54,904 bases of DNA, taken from contig JAFGKV010000029.1 of the NCBI GenBank assembly GCA_016928395.1, positions 1 through 54,904 of the forward strand, in the 5' to 3' direction. This document shows positions 36,791 to 46,695 of the stretch, piece by piece. The notes under the pieces are model-generated. The model had not been told where the DNA came from. It worked only from the letters and a program-made list of their open reading frames with translations, and ran no database searches. The DNA comes from Candidatus Fermentibacterota bacterium. Its GTDB lineage: Bacteria > JAFGKV01. Every line of letters starts with the position of its first letter. Positions within the stretch are counted from its first letter, which is position 1. A program made the translations under genes and the position numbers.

Positions 36791-39700
36791 GCTTCTCCAC
36801 CGCCCGTTTTTCCGTTGGTCAGCCGGTCCTGGTGAACCTGCTGATGATCGGCATCATCGTGGGGGGGCTCTTTGCGATCTTCTCGATGCCCCAGGAGCTC
36901 AACCCCAATATCAGCTTCAACTGGGTCTTCGTCACCATTCCCTACCCAGGGGCCTCGCCACAAGAATCCGAGGATCTGGTGGTGATCCCCGTGGAGAAGG
37001 AGATCGACAAGATCGACAAAGTCGATGAGATCAACACCACCGCGGGCGAGGGCTTTGCGTTCTTCCTAGTCAAGTTCGAGGAGATGTCATCCTCTGACTT
37101 CACGGCTAAGATGCAGGAAGTTCGCCTGGCCGTGGACAAGGCGGTCATTCCCGATGAGACCGAGGATCCCATCGTGGAAGATTTCGGGTCTGACGACTTC
37201 GTGCCGGTGTTCTCCGTCGCCATCACCTACGATACCAATGCGGAAGTCGCGGCCGCGGTGGCGGATGACATCGTAGACGAAATCGAGCGGGTCTCCGATG
37301 TGGCCAAGATACAGGTGTCGGGCCTGGAGGATCGGGAGATCTGGGTTGAGGTCGATCCGGTCCGACTAAACGCCCAGCACCTCACCTTGGGTTCAGTGGT
37401 CCGCGCCCTGGCTTCCCGCAATGTCAATCTTCCCGGAGGCACGGTCGAAATCGGCCGTTCGGAGTTCCAGGTGCGCATGTTGGGGCGGTTCACGTCGCCT
37501 CAGGAGATTGAATCGCTGGTGCTCACGGCGGAACCCGACGGGCGTGCCGTGCGTCTGGCAGATGTCGGGTCGGTGCGAATGACCCGGGCCGAGAACTCGG
37601 TGCTTTCCCGTATTGATGGGCAGCCCTCCCTCACGATCTCCGTATCCAAGAAGGCCGGTGGCTCAACCTTCGAGATCGTGGGACGGATCAAGGAGATCCT
37701 GGCCCAGTATCAGGAGCGAATCCCCGAGGGGATTGAATTCACCACCACCATCGATACGACCCGGCACATCCGTGATATCTTGAGCGTTCTCCGTAACAAC
37801 GCCGTTGTCGGGCTCGTGCTCATCTTCGGGATTCTGTTCGCATTTCTGGGCAAAGGAAATGCCCTGCTGGCCGGGCTGGGGATCCCCATCTCGTTCCTCG
37901 TGGCATTCATCCTGATGTGGCTCACGGGGCAGACCATCAACGGATCCAGCGTGTTCGGCATGATCATCGTCTTGGGGATCATCGTCGATGATGCCATCAT
38001 CGTGCTGGAGAATGTACACCGCTACCGTCAGCAGGGAGTACCACTGAAGGATGCCGTCATCCAGGGCACTGAAGAGGTCTTGGGGCCTATCACGACCGGC
38101 ATTCTGACTACCGTGGCGGCATTCGTTCCGCTGATGCTGATTCCCGGCATCATGGGCAAGTTCATGCGGGTCATCCCCATCGTGGTCAGCCTGTCACTGC
38201 TGGCGTCGCTGTTCGAGGCCAGCACGCTTCTGCCCTCACACATCAACGACTGGACCAAGGGCTCGACTCGGCACAAACGGCCGGAGTTCAAGTTCTACCT
38301 GTGGCTCAGAGATCGTTATGAACGTCTCCTTACCAAGCTGCTCTGCCGACGCTACTGGGTGGTTGGTGGGGTTGTGGTGCTTCTCTTTATCTCCATCGGC
38401 CTCATTCCGCTGGTCGGTGTGCAGATGTTCGGCAGCGAGGATCTGGACTTCTTCCGGGTGTTGGTGAAGCTGCCCGAAGGCACCTCGTTGGAGGAGACGG
38501 ATCGGGTCATCGGCAAGATCGAGGCCGAAGCCCTGGCCCTGCCCGAGCAGGAGCTGGCCTATGTGGAGGCCAACAGCGGGTTGTATCAGGGGAACAGCGA
38601 GTGGACCATCCGGAAGAACGTCGGACAAGTCATTGTCAACTTGGTCGATCGCCATGAGCGTGACCGTTCCCTGGATGAGGTCATCGTCGATCTCCGCGAG
38701 CGAATCAGTGGCATCAGCGGAATCTCGTCGCTGGAGTTTGAACTGCCCACGAGCGGGCCGCCCACGTCCAAGCCGGTCAGCGTCCGCATCACGGGGAAGT
38801 ACTTCGCCGAACTCCGTGGTGCAGCGGATGATCTCGAGGCACTCCTCGCACAGACCGATGGCGTGTTCGACATCGCCGATGACTTCCCGGCGGGCAAGCA
38901 GGAGATCCGCATCGCCATCGATGAGGAGCGGGCAGCCCTCCGGGGTCTCACCGTACAGGAGGTCGCCCTGGAGGTGCGCACGGCACTCTCGGGCTTCACC
39001 GCTACCACGTATCGCGATGGCGACGAGGATGTCGATGTCATCGTGAAACTGCCCGAGAGCGCCCGCAACAGCATGGAGGAGATCCTGGCGCTGCGGATGA
39101 GCAACTACGCAGGCGCGACCGTGCCGTTGGCCGATGTGGCCGAGTTCTCCCTGCATACCACGGTGACCGAGATCCATCGCCGCGATCTGGCGCGCACCCT
39201 CATCGTCGGTGCCGATATCGACAAGTCCACCACCACCGTGGACAAGGTGATGCGACAGATTGCTCCGCACTTTGACCGCATTGCCAACCGCTACGAGGAG
39301 ATCCGGTTCGAGATCGGAGGGGAGTTCGAGGAGTTCAGCGAGGCGTTCCAGGATATGGCGAAACTCTTCGCCATCGGCGTGATTCTGATCTACCTGATCT
39401 TGGGAACCCAGTTCAGGTCATACATCCAGCCCCTGATCATTCTTGCCACCGTACCCTTCGCATTCATCGGGGCCATGGTGGGGTTGATTGTGGCCGGCGA
39501 CAAGTTCAGCATCACGACCCTGTTCGGAGTCGTGGCCCTGGCGGGTATCGTGGTCAACGACTCCATCGTCCTGATCTCGTTTATGAACAATGCACGCCGG
39601 GAGGGGGTGGACCGCTGGAAATCAGTCACCGATGCGGCGGTCACCCGCCTTCGGCCCATCATTCTGACCTCGGTGACCACCATCGGAGGCCTCTTGCCCA

Positions 39701-39900
39701 CCACGCTGGGCATCGGAGGTAGCTCGGCGGTGTGGCGACCTCTGGCCAATACCATTGCATGGGGCCTGCTGTTCTCCACCATTCTGACCTTGATCGTGAT
39801 CCCCTGCATCCTCTCCATCGTGGATGACATCCGTGTCAAGGCGGGCAGAGATCTGGTCAGGTCTGAGAATGGCGTGAAGCCGCCGTGTGAGGCGACCTAG
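36787..39900 (+). CDS. RND efflux permease (AcrB/HAE1-like)
   Basis: 1037 aa; YPGASP, GIIVDDAIIVLEN, GIVVNDSI and RLRPIILTS motifs. Confidence 0.95.
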   Translation: MSFSTARFSVGQPVLVNLLMIGIIVGGLFAIFSMPQELNPNISFNWVFVTIPYPGASPQESEDLVVIPVEKEIDKIDKVDEINTTAGEGFAFFLVKFEEMSSSDFTAKMQEVRLAVDKAVIPDETEDPIVEDFGSDDFVPVFSVAITYDTNAEVAAAVADDIVDEIERVSDVAKIQVSGLEDREIWVEVDPVRLNAQHLTLGSVVRALASRNVNLPGGTVEIGRSEFQVRMLGRFTSPQEIESLVLTAEPDGRAVRLADVGSVRMTRAENSVLSRIDGQPSLTISVSKKAGGSTFEIVGRIKEILAQYQERIPEGIEFTTTIDTTRHIRDILSVLRNNAVVGLVLIFGILFAFLGKGNALLAGLGIPISFLVAFILMWLTGQTINGSSVFGMIIVLGIIVDDAIIVLENVHRYRQQGVPLKDAVIQGTEEVLGPITTGILTTVAAFVPLMLIPGIMGKFMRVIPIVVSLSLLASLFEASTLLPSHINDWTKGSTRHKRPEFKFYLWLRDRYERLLTKLLCRRYWVVGGVVVLLFISIGLIPLVGVQMFGSEDLDFFRVLVKLPEGTSLEETDRVIGKIEAEALALPEQELAYVEANSGLYQGNSEWTIRKNVGQVIVNLVDRHERDRSLDEVIVDLRERISGISGISSLEFELPTSGPPTSKPVSVRITGKYFAELRGAADDLEALLAQTDGVFDIADDFPAGKQEIRIAIDEERAALRGLTVQEVALEVRTALSGFTATTYRDGDEDVDVIVKLPESARNSMEEILALRMSNYAGATVPLADVAEFSLHTTVTEIHRRDLARTLIVGADIDKSTTTVDKVMRQIAPHFDRIANRYEEIRFEIGGEFEEFSEAFQDMAKLFAIGVILIYLILGTQFRSYIQPLIILATVPFAFIGAMVGLIVAGDKFSITTLFGVVALAGIVVNDSIVLISFMNNARREGVDRWKSVTDAAVTRLRPIILTSVTTIGGLLPTTLGIGGSSAVWRPLANTIAWGLLFSTILTLIVIPCILSIVDDIRVKAGRDLVRSENGVKPPCEAT

Positions 39901-40073
39901 GGCGACTGCGGCGGCCAAGAGTCGTGGGCATAGACGCCGCACGCCGAGTTCAGCGGAGAGACCTGATGGCGTGTGCCTGTGTGGAAGCATATCCGAAACC
40001 CCAACACGTACAAAGAGGCGTGCTCGATTTGCCCCGGTTTTTCGACTGCGACCCCGCCGCAACCCCATCCCGC

Positions 40074-40255
40074 GGGCGGAGTCAGAGCTCCGCCCCTACT
40101 GGGCAACGGTGCCGCGGATATCCGTAGGGGAGGGCGCCTCTGCCCTCCCGCGCAGCGCGATCGAAGAGGGATCTCGTCGACTGCGATACCCCCCCCGCAA
40201 GCGACCAGGGGCGGTCGCCCCCACGGCGGGCGGAGTCAGAGCCTTGTGCCCCTAC
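40074..40255. repeat. Cluster of four GTAG/CTAC-type REP-like palindromes
   Basis: GGGCGGAG-N6-CTCCGCCC-CTAC (40074-40099); GTAG-GGGAGGGC-N6-GCCCTCCC (40124-40149); GCGACC-N6-GGTCGC-CCCCAC (40201-40224); GGGCGGAGTCAGAGC..GCCCCTAC (40228-40255). Confidence 0.7.
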
Positions 40256-40728
40256 AAGGAGGGGTGAGGGAGATGAGTCACCATGAAGAGCATGAAGGGT
40301 GAAGGAGTAAGGAGTGAGGAGATGAGTTGCAGGAGTCAGGACCGCTGAGAGGATTGAGAACTCGTTTGAGAGCCCTCGCGCACGCCGCACCGACGGATGC
40401 GGGGCGGCGTGGCTCCAGTGGGCCGTACTCTCAACCCTAACAAAGTGTGTAGGCCACACAGACAACTGCTGACTCGTCGCGCCGCGAGGTTTTCTGTAAC
40501 CAAAGCCCGGTCTCATGCCACCATATATGATGGTGCGGTTCCATACATAAGCGCGCGATACCCAGATCGGGTTCCCTGCAGTAATTTCCTCTGTTCGAGA
40601 ATCGAACCGGGATCCCAAGAGAGATCCATGCCACCGACATCGCCCATGATGTGCCGCCCGTTTTCCTCACGGTGCTTTGCGGCTGCCCGCGCCGGAGGCC
40701 GACGGTTGCACCCAGATCGGACAGAACC

Positions 40729-41913
40729 ATGAGAAGAAAGCTCATTATCGGCATCGCGGCGGTGTTCGCCGTCGTTCTTGTTTGGCGCATCACTGCGCTT
40801 GTGTCGTCGGGTGAAGGAGGGCAACCCGGGCGAGGGGGCAGGCCACCGGTGGCGGTTGAAGTCGACAGCATCCGAATCGCTTTGATTCGCGATGTGCGGA
40901 CGCTGACTGGAACGGTCCATCCGAACTACCAGTACGTCGTCGCTCCGAAGATCGCGGGAAGGCTGACTATGCTGCGACCTCGGATCGGCGACTGGGTCGC
41001 GGCAGGAGAAGTCGTCGGCGCACTCGACGATGCGGAGTACGAACAGAACGTCATCGAGGCTGAAGCCAACCTCCGGATCGCCCGGGCTTCCCTCGCCGAA
41101 ACCGGCACGCAGTTCGAACTGGCGCGACAAGAGAAGGAACGGGTCGAGGCCTTGCAGGCCAAGGGAATTGCCTCTCCCTCAGAGCTGGACGCCGCCGTGT
41201 CAACCCATGCCGTCCTCGCTTCACGGATAGACCTCGCCACCGCGCAGGTAGAGCAGCGGGCGGCTGCCCTGCAATCTGCCAAGATTCGGCGGGGCTACAC
41301 GAGGCTTACCGCTTCGAGACCCGGGTTCGTGGGGGAGAGATTCGTCGATCCCGGCGCTCTGCTGTCACCGAATACTCCTGTGCTGTCAGTGGTCTCCATC
41401 GATTCGGTCATCGTCAAGGCAACCGTCACTGAGCGAGACTACGGCCACCTGAGGCCCGGTCAGACCGCCGAGGTCATGGTGGATGCCTTCCCTTCCCGCC
41501 GTTTTGTCGGCAAGGTTGCCCGCGTCTCGCCTGTACTCCAGGAGGCATCGCGCGTCGCCCAGGTCGAGGTAGTTGTCGGGAATGACTCACTGCACATCAA
41601 GCCAGGCATGTTCGCCCGGGTGGAGGTGGTGATCGAACAGAGGGAGGCCGCGCTGGTTGTGCCGGCCCGTGCACTGGTCATGAGGAACGGGCAGGGAGGG
41701 CTGTTCGTCGTTCCCCGTGACACAACGGTGGCCCGCTACCTGCCAATCAGGATAGGCATTCAGACGGCCACACACATCGAAGTGGTGGAACCCATGATTG
41801 AGGGATTGGTGGTTACCTTGGGGCACCACCTGCTGGAAGATGGTAGCCCCGTGGTGCTGCCCACGGCAGGCGAGCCCGCCCCTGGGGGAGGCAAGGCGAG
41901 GAAGCCGCAGTGA
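40729..41913 (+). CDS. RND periplasmic adaptor (membrane fusion protein)
   Basis: N-terminal TM (MRRKLIIGIAAVFAVVLVW); PKIAGRL, IGD.V..GE, KPGMFARV and VVTLGH. Confidence 0.92.
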   Translation: MRRKLIIGIAAVFAVVLVWRITALVSSGEGGQPGRGGRPPVAVEVDSIRIALIRDVRTLTGTVHPNYQYVVAPKIAGRLTMLRPRIGDWVAAGEVVGALDDAEYEQNVIEAEANLRIARASLAETGTQFELARQEKERVEALQAKGIASPSELDAAVSTHAVLASRIDLATAQVEQRAAALQSAKIRRGYTRLTASRPGFVGERFVDPGALLSPNTPVLSVVSIDSVIVKATVTERDYGHLRPGQTAEVMVDAFPSRRFVGKVARVSPVLQEASRVAQVEVVVGNDSLHIKPGMFARVEVVIEQREAALVVPARALVMRNGQGGLFVVPRDTTVARYLPIRIGIQTATHIEVVEPMIEGLVVTLGHHLLEDGSPVVLPTAGEPAPGGGKARKPQ

Positions 41914-44900
41914 GCATCGCCCGCGGTCCTGTCCATCGTCCCGTACTGACCACGGTCGTCTTCATCGTGGTGATCACCATCGGCGTCGTGGCGCTGTCCC
42001 GGCTCTCCATTGATCTCATGCCGGAGATCACCTTCCCCAGCGTCTCGGTTGTCACCGAATACGGCAATGTGGGCCCGGAAGAGATCGAGGAATCCATCAC
42101 GAAACCCATCGAGGAGGCTCTGGCGGCAGTGCAGGGCGCGGAGGAGATCACCTCCACGTCGTCTGAGGGTTCCAGCCAGGTGCAAGTGGCCTTTGCGTGG
42201 GGCACCGATCTCGATGTCGCCACCAACGATATCCGCGATCGGCTTGACAGGGTGATGGACCGGCTGCCTGAGGATGCCTCCCGGCCCATGATCAGGAAGT
42301 TCGACCTCTCCGCCTTTCCCGTCATGATTCTCGGTGCAGCCGGGAACCTCAGCCTCCTTGAGTTGCGGCACATCGTCGACGAGCAGGTTGAATACCGCCT
42401 GGAACGAGTACCGGGGGTCGCCGCGGTGGATATTCGTGGTGGGCTCTCGCGCGAAATCCACGTTGATCTGCACGCCCAGAAGCTCAAAGCGCTGGGAATC
42501 TCACCGGATGCCGTGGTCGCGACCCTTCGCAGCGAGAACCAGAACCTGCCCGCGGGTCCGTATCGTGAAGGCACCCTGGAGGTGTTGGTTCGCACGCAAG
42601 GGGAGTACCGCTCGCTGGAGGAGATCCGCCAGACGGTCATCATGGTTCGTGGCGGCACGCCGATCAGGATCTCTGATGTGGCCGAGGTAAACGACTCATG
42701 GGAAGAGGTGCGGCAGGTGGTCCGAATCGACGGTGCATCGGGCATCAGGATTGCGGTGAACAAGCAGTCGGGGGCCAATACGGTGAGCGTCGCCGAGGGA
42801 ATTCGTGCGGAGGTGGCACGGATCAATCGCGACATCCCCCAGATTCGCCTGACCCCAATCATCGACACCTCGACCTACATCAAGCAGTCCATCGCCACGT
42901 TGCGCGCCTCGACCCTCGTGGGCGGCACCCTTGCCGTCATCATTCTCTTCACCTTCCTCAGAAGCATCTCCAGCACACTGATCATCGCCACGGCGATCCC
43001 CATCTCCATCATGGCCGCCTTCGGGCTCATGTATTTCGGGGGATTCACCCTGAACATCATCACGTTCGGAGGGTTGGCCCTGGGCATCGGCATGCTGGTG
43101 GACAGCGCCATTGTCGTGCTAGAGAATATCTACAGACATCGTGAGTCTGGGCTTTCGCCGGTGGAAAGCGCTTTGACTGGAACCGGCGAAGTGGCGGCGG
43201 CAATCACGGCCAGCACATTGACCACGCTGGTGGTGTTTTTTCCCGTGGTCTTCGTCCGCGGGATGTCCGGAATACTGTTCCAGCAAATGGCCTACGTGGT
43301 GAGCTTCTCACTGCTGTGCTCCTTGGCGGTTGCCCTGACGCTGATCCCCATGCTCTCGTCGCGAATCCTTGCCCACCGGGGGGCCGACACCGGGCGACCC
43401 GGCGGAAGGCTCGCGCGGATCTATGCCGCCAGCGAGAACGCGTTGTGCTGGCTCGAAGAGCGGTATAGCAGCGCCCTGTTGTGGGCTCTGGGCCATCGGC
43501 GGCGGGTGCTTCTGGCTGCGGCCGGTATGTTGGCTGTCTCGCTCTTCCTGATGCGGTTCGTCGGCGTTGAGCTCATGCCGGCCGCAGACGAGGGGCAGGT
43601 GCGCGTCACGATCGAAATGGCGCCGGGCACGAGAGTAGAAGTCGTGGACAACGTCGCGCAGGCGGTGGAAGAGATCGTCCGTCGCCAGGTCCCGGAAGCG
43701 ACCTCGATTCTCGCGAGGGTCGGCAACGTTGGATTCCGTTCATCAGGGTCTCACACTGCTGAGGTCACCGTCAGCCTGGTGCCCCGGGCCCAGCGACGAC
43801 GAAGCAGTGAACAGGTCGCCAATGACCTGCGTAAACCTGTCAGCGGTCTCCCAGGTGCTACGACGCGGGTCCGCGCGGGGCAGGGCTTCTTCGTGTTGCG
43901 GATGGGCCAGTCATCGTCCAACTCCGTGACTATCGAGATCCGAGGCTATGACTTGGAGACCGCCGAGACTCTGGCCCAGCGCGTGGATGCGGTGGTCAAG
44001 ACTATCCCCGGCATCACGGATACGCGGCTCAACAGGGAGGAGGGCAGCCCGGAAAGGATCGTGCGCATCGATCGGCAGCGCGCGGCTGACTTGGGCCTGG
44101 GAGTAGCCCGCATCGGTGACGCGCTACGCACGGCAGTCGGGGGGACACGCGCGTCCTTCTACCGGGAAGGTGGGACACAGTATCCGATTCTTGTACGGCT
44201 GAGCGAGGCCGATCGGCAGAACTTGGGTGAACTGCTCGACCTCTCAGTGATCAATACGCGAGGAGAGGCGGTCGCCCTACGCAATGTCGTGACCCTCGTA
44301 ACCGCTGAGGGACCTCTCGCCATTGCCCGAAAAGACCAGGAACGAGTCATTAGCATAGAAGCCAACTACACGGGCCGCGACATGGGGTCGGTGATTCGCG
44401 ATATCCGAGCCGGGCTCCAGGGCGTGCCCATACCGAGAGACTTCGCCGTGCTCTTCGGCGGCGACTACGAGGAACAGCAGGAGGCGTTCAGGGAACTGCT
44501 GCTTGGCCTAATTTTGGCGATTTTCCTCGTCTATCTCGTGATGGCGGCGCAGTTCGAATCGTTCCGAGATCCGTTCGTGGTGCTTTTTGCGATCCCGATG
44601 GGCCTGGTCGGCGTGGTGTTTACCATGATCCTGACCGGCACGATCTTCAGCATGCAGGCGTTCATCGGTTGCATCATACTGGCGGGCATCGTGGTGAACA
44701 ACGCCATACTTCTGGTAACCTACACCAACCAGCTTCGGCGTGCCGAACGGCTTCCTCTGAGAGACGCCATAATGACCGCGGGTTCGCGGAGACTGCGACC
44801 CATTCTGATGACGACGTTGACCACGTCATTGGGGCTCTTGCCCCTGTCCATCGGTCTGGGCGAAGGGGGGGAGACTCAGGCCCCCCTGGCGCGGGTGGTG

Positions 44901-45008
44901 ATCGGAGGGCTCTTAGGCGGCATGCTCATTACCTTGATTGTGATTCCGGTCATCTACTCGCTGGTTGAGCAGAGACTCGCGTCAGCACGGGGGGAGGCGA
45001 GACAATGA
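41910..45008 (+). CDS. RND efflux permease (AcrB/HAE1-like)
   Basis: 1032 aa; RPV, LSIDLMPEI.FP, GMLVDSAIVVLEN, GIVVNNAILL and RLRPILMTT; GTGA-coupled. Confidence 0.95.
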   Translation: MSIARGPVHRPVLTTVVFIVVITIGVVALSRLSIDLMPEITFPSVSVVTEYGNVGPEEIEESITKPIEEALAAVQGAEEITSTSSEGSSQVQVAFAWGTDLDVATNDIRDRLDRVMDRLPEDASRPMIRKFDLSAFPVMILGAAGNLSLLELRHIVDEQVEYRLERVPGVAAVDIRGGLSREIHVDLHAQKLKALGISPDAVVATLRSENQNLPAGPYREGTLEVLVRTQGEYRSLEEIRQTVIMVRGGTPIRISDVAEVNDSWEEVRQVVRIDGASGIRIAVNKQSGANTVSVAEGIRAEVARINRDIPQIRLTPIIDTSTYIKQSIATLRASTLVGGTLAVIILFTFLRSISSTLIIATAIPISIMAAFGLMYFGGFTLNIITFGGLALGIGMLVDSAIVVLENIYRHRESGLSPVESALTGTGEVAAAITASTLTTLVVFFPVVFVRGMSGILFQQMAYVVSFSLLCSLAVALTLIPMLSSRILAHRGADTGRPGGRLARIYAASENALCWLEERYSSALLWALGHRRRVLLAAAGMLAVSLFLMRFVGVELMPAADEGQVRVTIEMAPGTRVEVVDNVAQAVEEIVRRQVPEATSILARVGNVGFRSSGSHTAEVTVSLVPRAQRRRSSEQVANDLRKPVSGLPGATTRVRAGQGFFVLRMGQSSSNSVTIEIRGYDLETAETLAQRVDAVVKTIPGITDTRLNREEGSPERIVRIDRQRAADLGLGVARIGDALRTAVGGTRASFYREGGTQYPILVRLSEADRQNLGELLDLSVINTRGEAVALRNVVTLVTAEGPLAIARKDQERVISIEANYTGRDMGSVIRDIRAGLQGVPIPRDFAVLFGGDYEEQQEAFRELLLGLILAIFLVYLVMAAQFESFRDPFVVLFAIPMGLVGVVFTMILTGTIFSMQAFIGCIILAGIVVNNAILLVTYTNQLRRAERLPLRDAIMTAGSRRLRPILMTTLTTSLGLLPLSIGLGEGGETQAPLARVVIGGLLGGMLITLIVIPVIYSLVEQRLASARGEARQ

Positions 45009-46558
45009 GACGTTCTGGCCGACACATTTACCAAGGTCTTTGCGGTCTAGATTCCCCGGCTGCGCTTGTCTTGGTTGGTCTGCTCTGTGCCGTAGTGCCA
45101 GCCAGGGGCGAGGCGGATCGCGCTGTTGAGACGCAGCACCGAGCCCCGCGAGGCGCCTCTCTGCGCCTGGGCGTGTGCGATGCGATTTTGATGGCGCTGG
45201 AGCACAATCAGACCGTGGCCATCAGCCGATTGGACCCGGCCATCACCGAGACCTATGCGGCGGAGCACCGCGCAGCGTTTGACCCTGAACTCAGCATCAC
45301 CGCCGAGCGTAGTGAAGCAAAGACGCAGCGGCGACTGGGATCACAGCCTGCGCCGTTCGACCTGGAAGATGAGCAGTTCGAGGGGACTGTGGCGCTCTCA
45401 CAGACGCTCCCCACCGGAACATCTTTTACCGTCAGCGCCGGCATGACGGGCTCGGTATCCAACCTCTACACCGATCAGTACACCGGCACGGCGGGGTTGA
45501 CCGTGACCCAGTCGCTGCTGCGGGGCGTCGGGTTCGGCGCGAACCTGGGGCGGCTGCGCAGGGCGCGGCTGGATGTGGCAATCTCCGAGGCGGAACTGAG
45601 GGGGGTGGCGCAGCAGGTCGCCGCCGATGTCGAACAGCGCTATTGGGATTACTATGTCGCGGGGCAGGAAGTCGCGATTCAGGCGGCCTCGCTGAAGCTC
45701 GCGACGCAGCAGTTGGCGGAGTCACTGGAGCGAGTTCGCGTGGGCAAGCTCCCCGAGTTGGAGCTGGCGGCAGTAGAGGCGGAGGTCGCTGCCCGCCAGA
45801 GCAACCTGATTGATGCGGAGAGTGCCCACGAGAAGGCGCGTCTGTACCTTCTGAACCGGCTGGGTCCGGTCGCCGAAGCACCCTGGTCGTTGGTGATTGA
45901 GCAACTCGATGCACCATTCACGCCCGATGACACCCTGGATGCCGTGGAGGCTCACGAGCAGGTGGCGCTGCGTTATCGGCCCGATCTGGAACAGGCCCGG
46001 CTGGCACTCAAGAAAGGCGATCTCGCGGTAGCCGAGACGGCAAACGGCCTCCTGCCGAGGCTCGACCTCTTCCTTACTTTGGGGCGGACCACGTACGCCC
46101 AGTCATTCGAGGAGGCCTACCCTGACCTCCAGAGCCCCTACTACCAGGTGAGCGCGGGCGTGGCGTTGGATTTCCCCGTACCGAACCGGGCACCTTCGGC
46201 CCAGTTGCGTCGGGCGAGGCTTTCCCGTGAGCAGCAATCCCTGGCAGTGGCGAATATGGAGCGTCTAGTCGAGCTTGATGTCCGTCGGGCCTATCTGGAA
46301 GTAGTCCGCTCGCGACAACAGATCACCGCGACCCGCCTTACTCGGGAACTCCAGGAGAAGAAGCTCGCGGCGGAAGTGGAGAAGTTCCGCGTCGGCAGGG
46401 CAACCAACTTCCTCGTGCTCCAGGCGCAACGTGACCTGACGGGCAGCCAACTGGGCGAGGCACGGGCGAAGGTTTCTTACCTCACGGCGCTGGTGCAGCT
46501 CTATGTGGCCGAGGGAACGCTCTTGGATCGCCGCGGAATCGCCGACCGCGGCATCTGA
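45005..46558 (+). CDS. TolC-family outer membrane efflux protein
   Basis: AI.MALE.N, AFDP.L, LTVTQSLLRG.G, RPDL, LLPRLDL and EKFRVG.AT.F.VL.AQ; ATGA-coupled. Confidence 0.9.
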   Translation: MRRSGRHIYQGLCGLDSPAALVLVGLLCAVVPARGEADRAVETQHRAPRGASLRLGVCDAILMALEHNQTVAISRLDPAITETYAAEHRAAFDPELSITAERSEAKTQRRLGSQPAPFDLEDEQFEGTVALSQTLPTGTSFTVSAGMTGSVSNLYTDQYTGTAGLTVTQSLLRGVGFGANLGRLRRARLDVAISEAELRGVAQQVAADVEQRYWDYYVAGQEVAIQAASLKLATQQLAESLERVRVGKLPELELAAVEAEVAARQSNLIDAESAHEKARLYLLNRLGPVAEAPWSLVIEQLDAPFTPDDTLDAVEAHEQVALRYRPDLEQARLALKKGDLAVAETANGLLPRLDLFLTLGRTTYAQSFEEAYPDLQSPYYQVSAGVALDFPVPNRAPSAQLRRARLSREQQSLAVANMERLVELDVRRAYLEVVRSRQQITATRLTRELQEKKLAAEVEKFRVGRATNFLVLQAQRDLTGSQLGEARAKVSYLTALVQLYVAEGTLLDRRGIADRGI

Positions 46559-46695
46559 TCCGCCCAGGTTCGAACGCGGTCCCCGCTCCACGGCGGCATG
46601 ATATCTGTCGTACGGTGTGGCCGTGCGCGGTGGCCATGCCGATTCCGAATTGCCTCGTTCAAGACCGCCTGCAAAGACCGTCGAGGAAGGCCACC

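Noticed and set aside
38236-39270. Long antisense ORFs (also 41813-42868, 53196-54311, 7594-8409 and others)
   Set aside because: They are shadows of well-supported genes on the opposite strand, as expected in GC-rich DNA.
46560-46600. GGTTCGAA as a tRNA T-loop
   Set aside because: No T-stem or cloverleaf can be formed around it.
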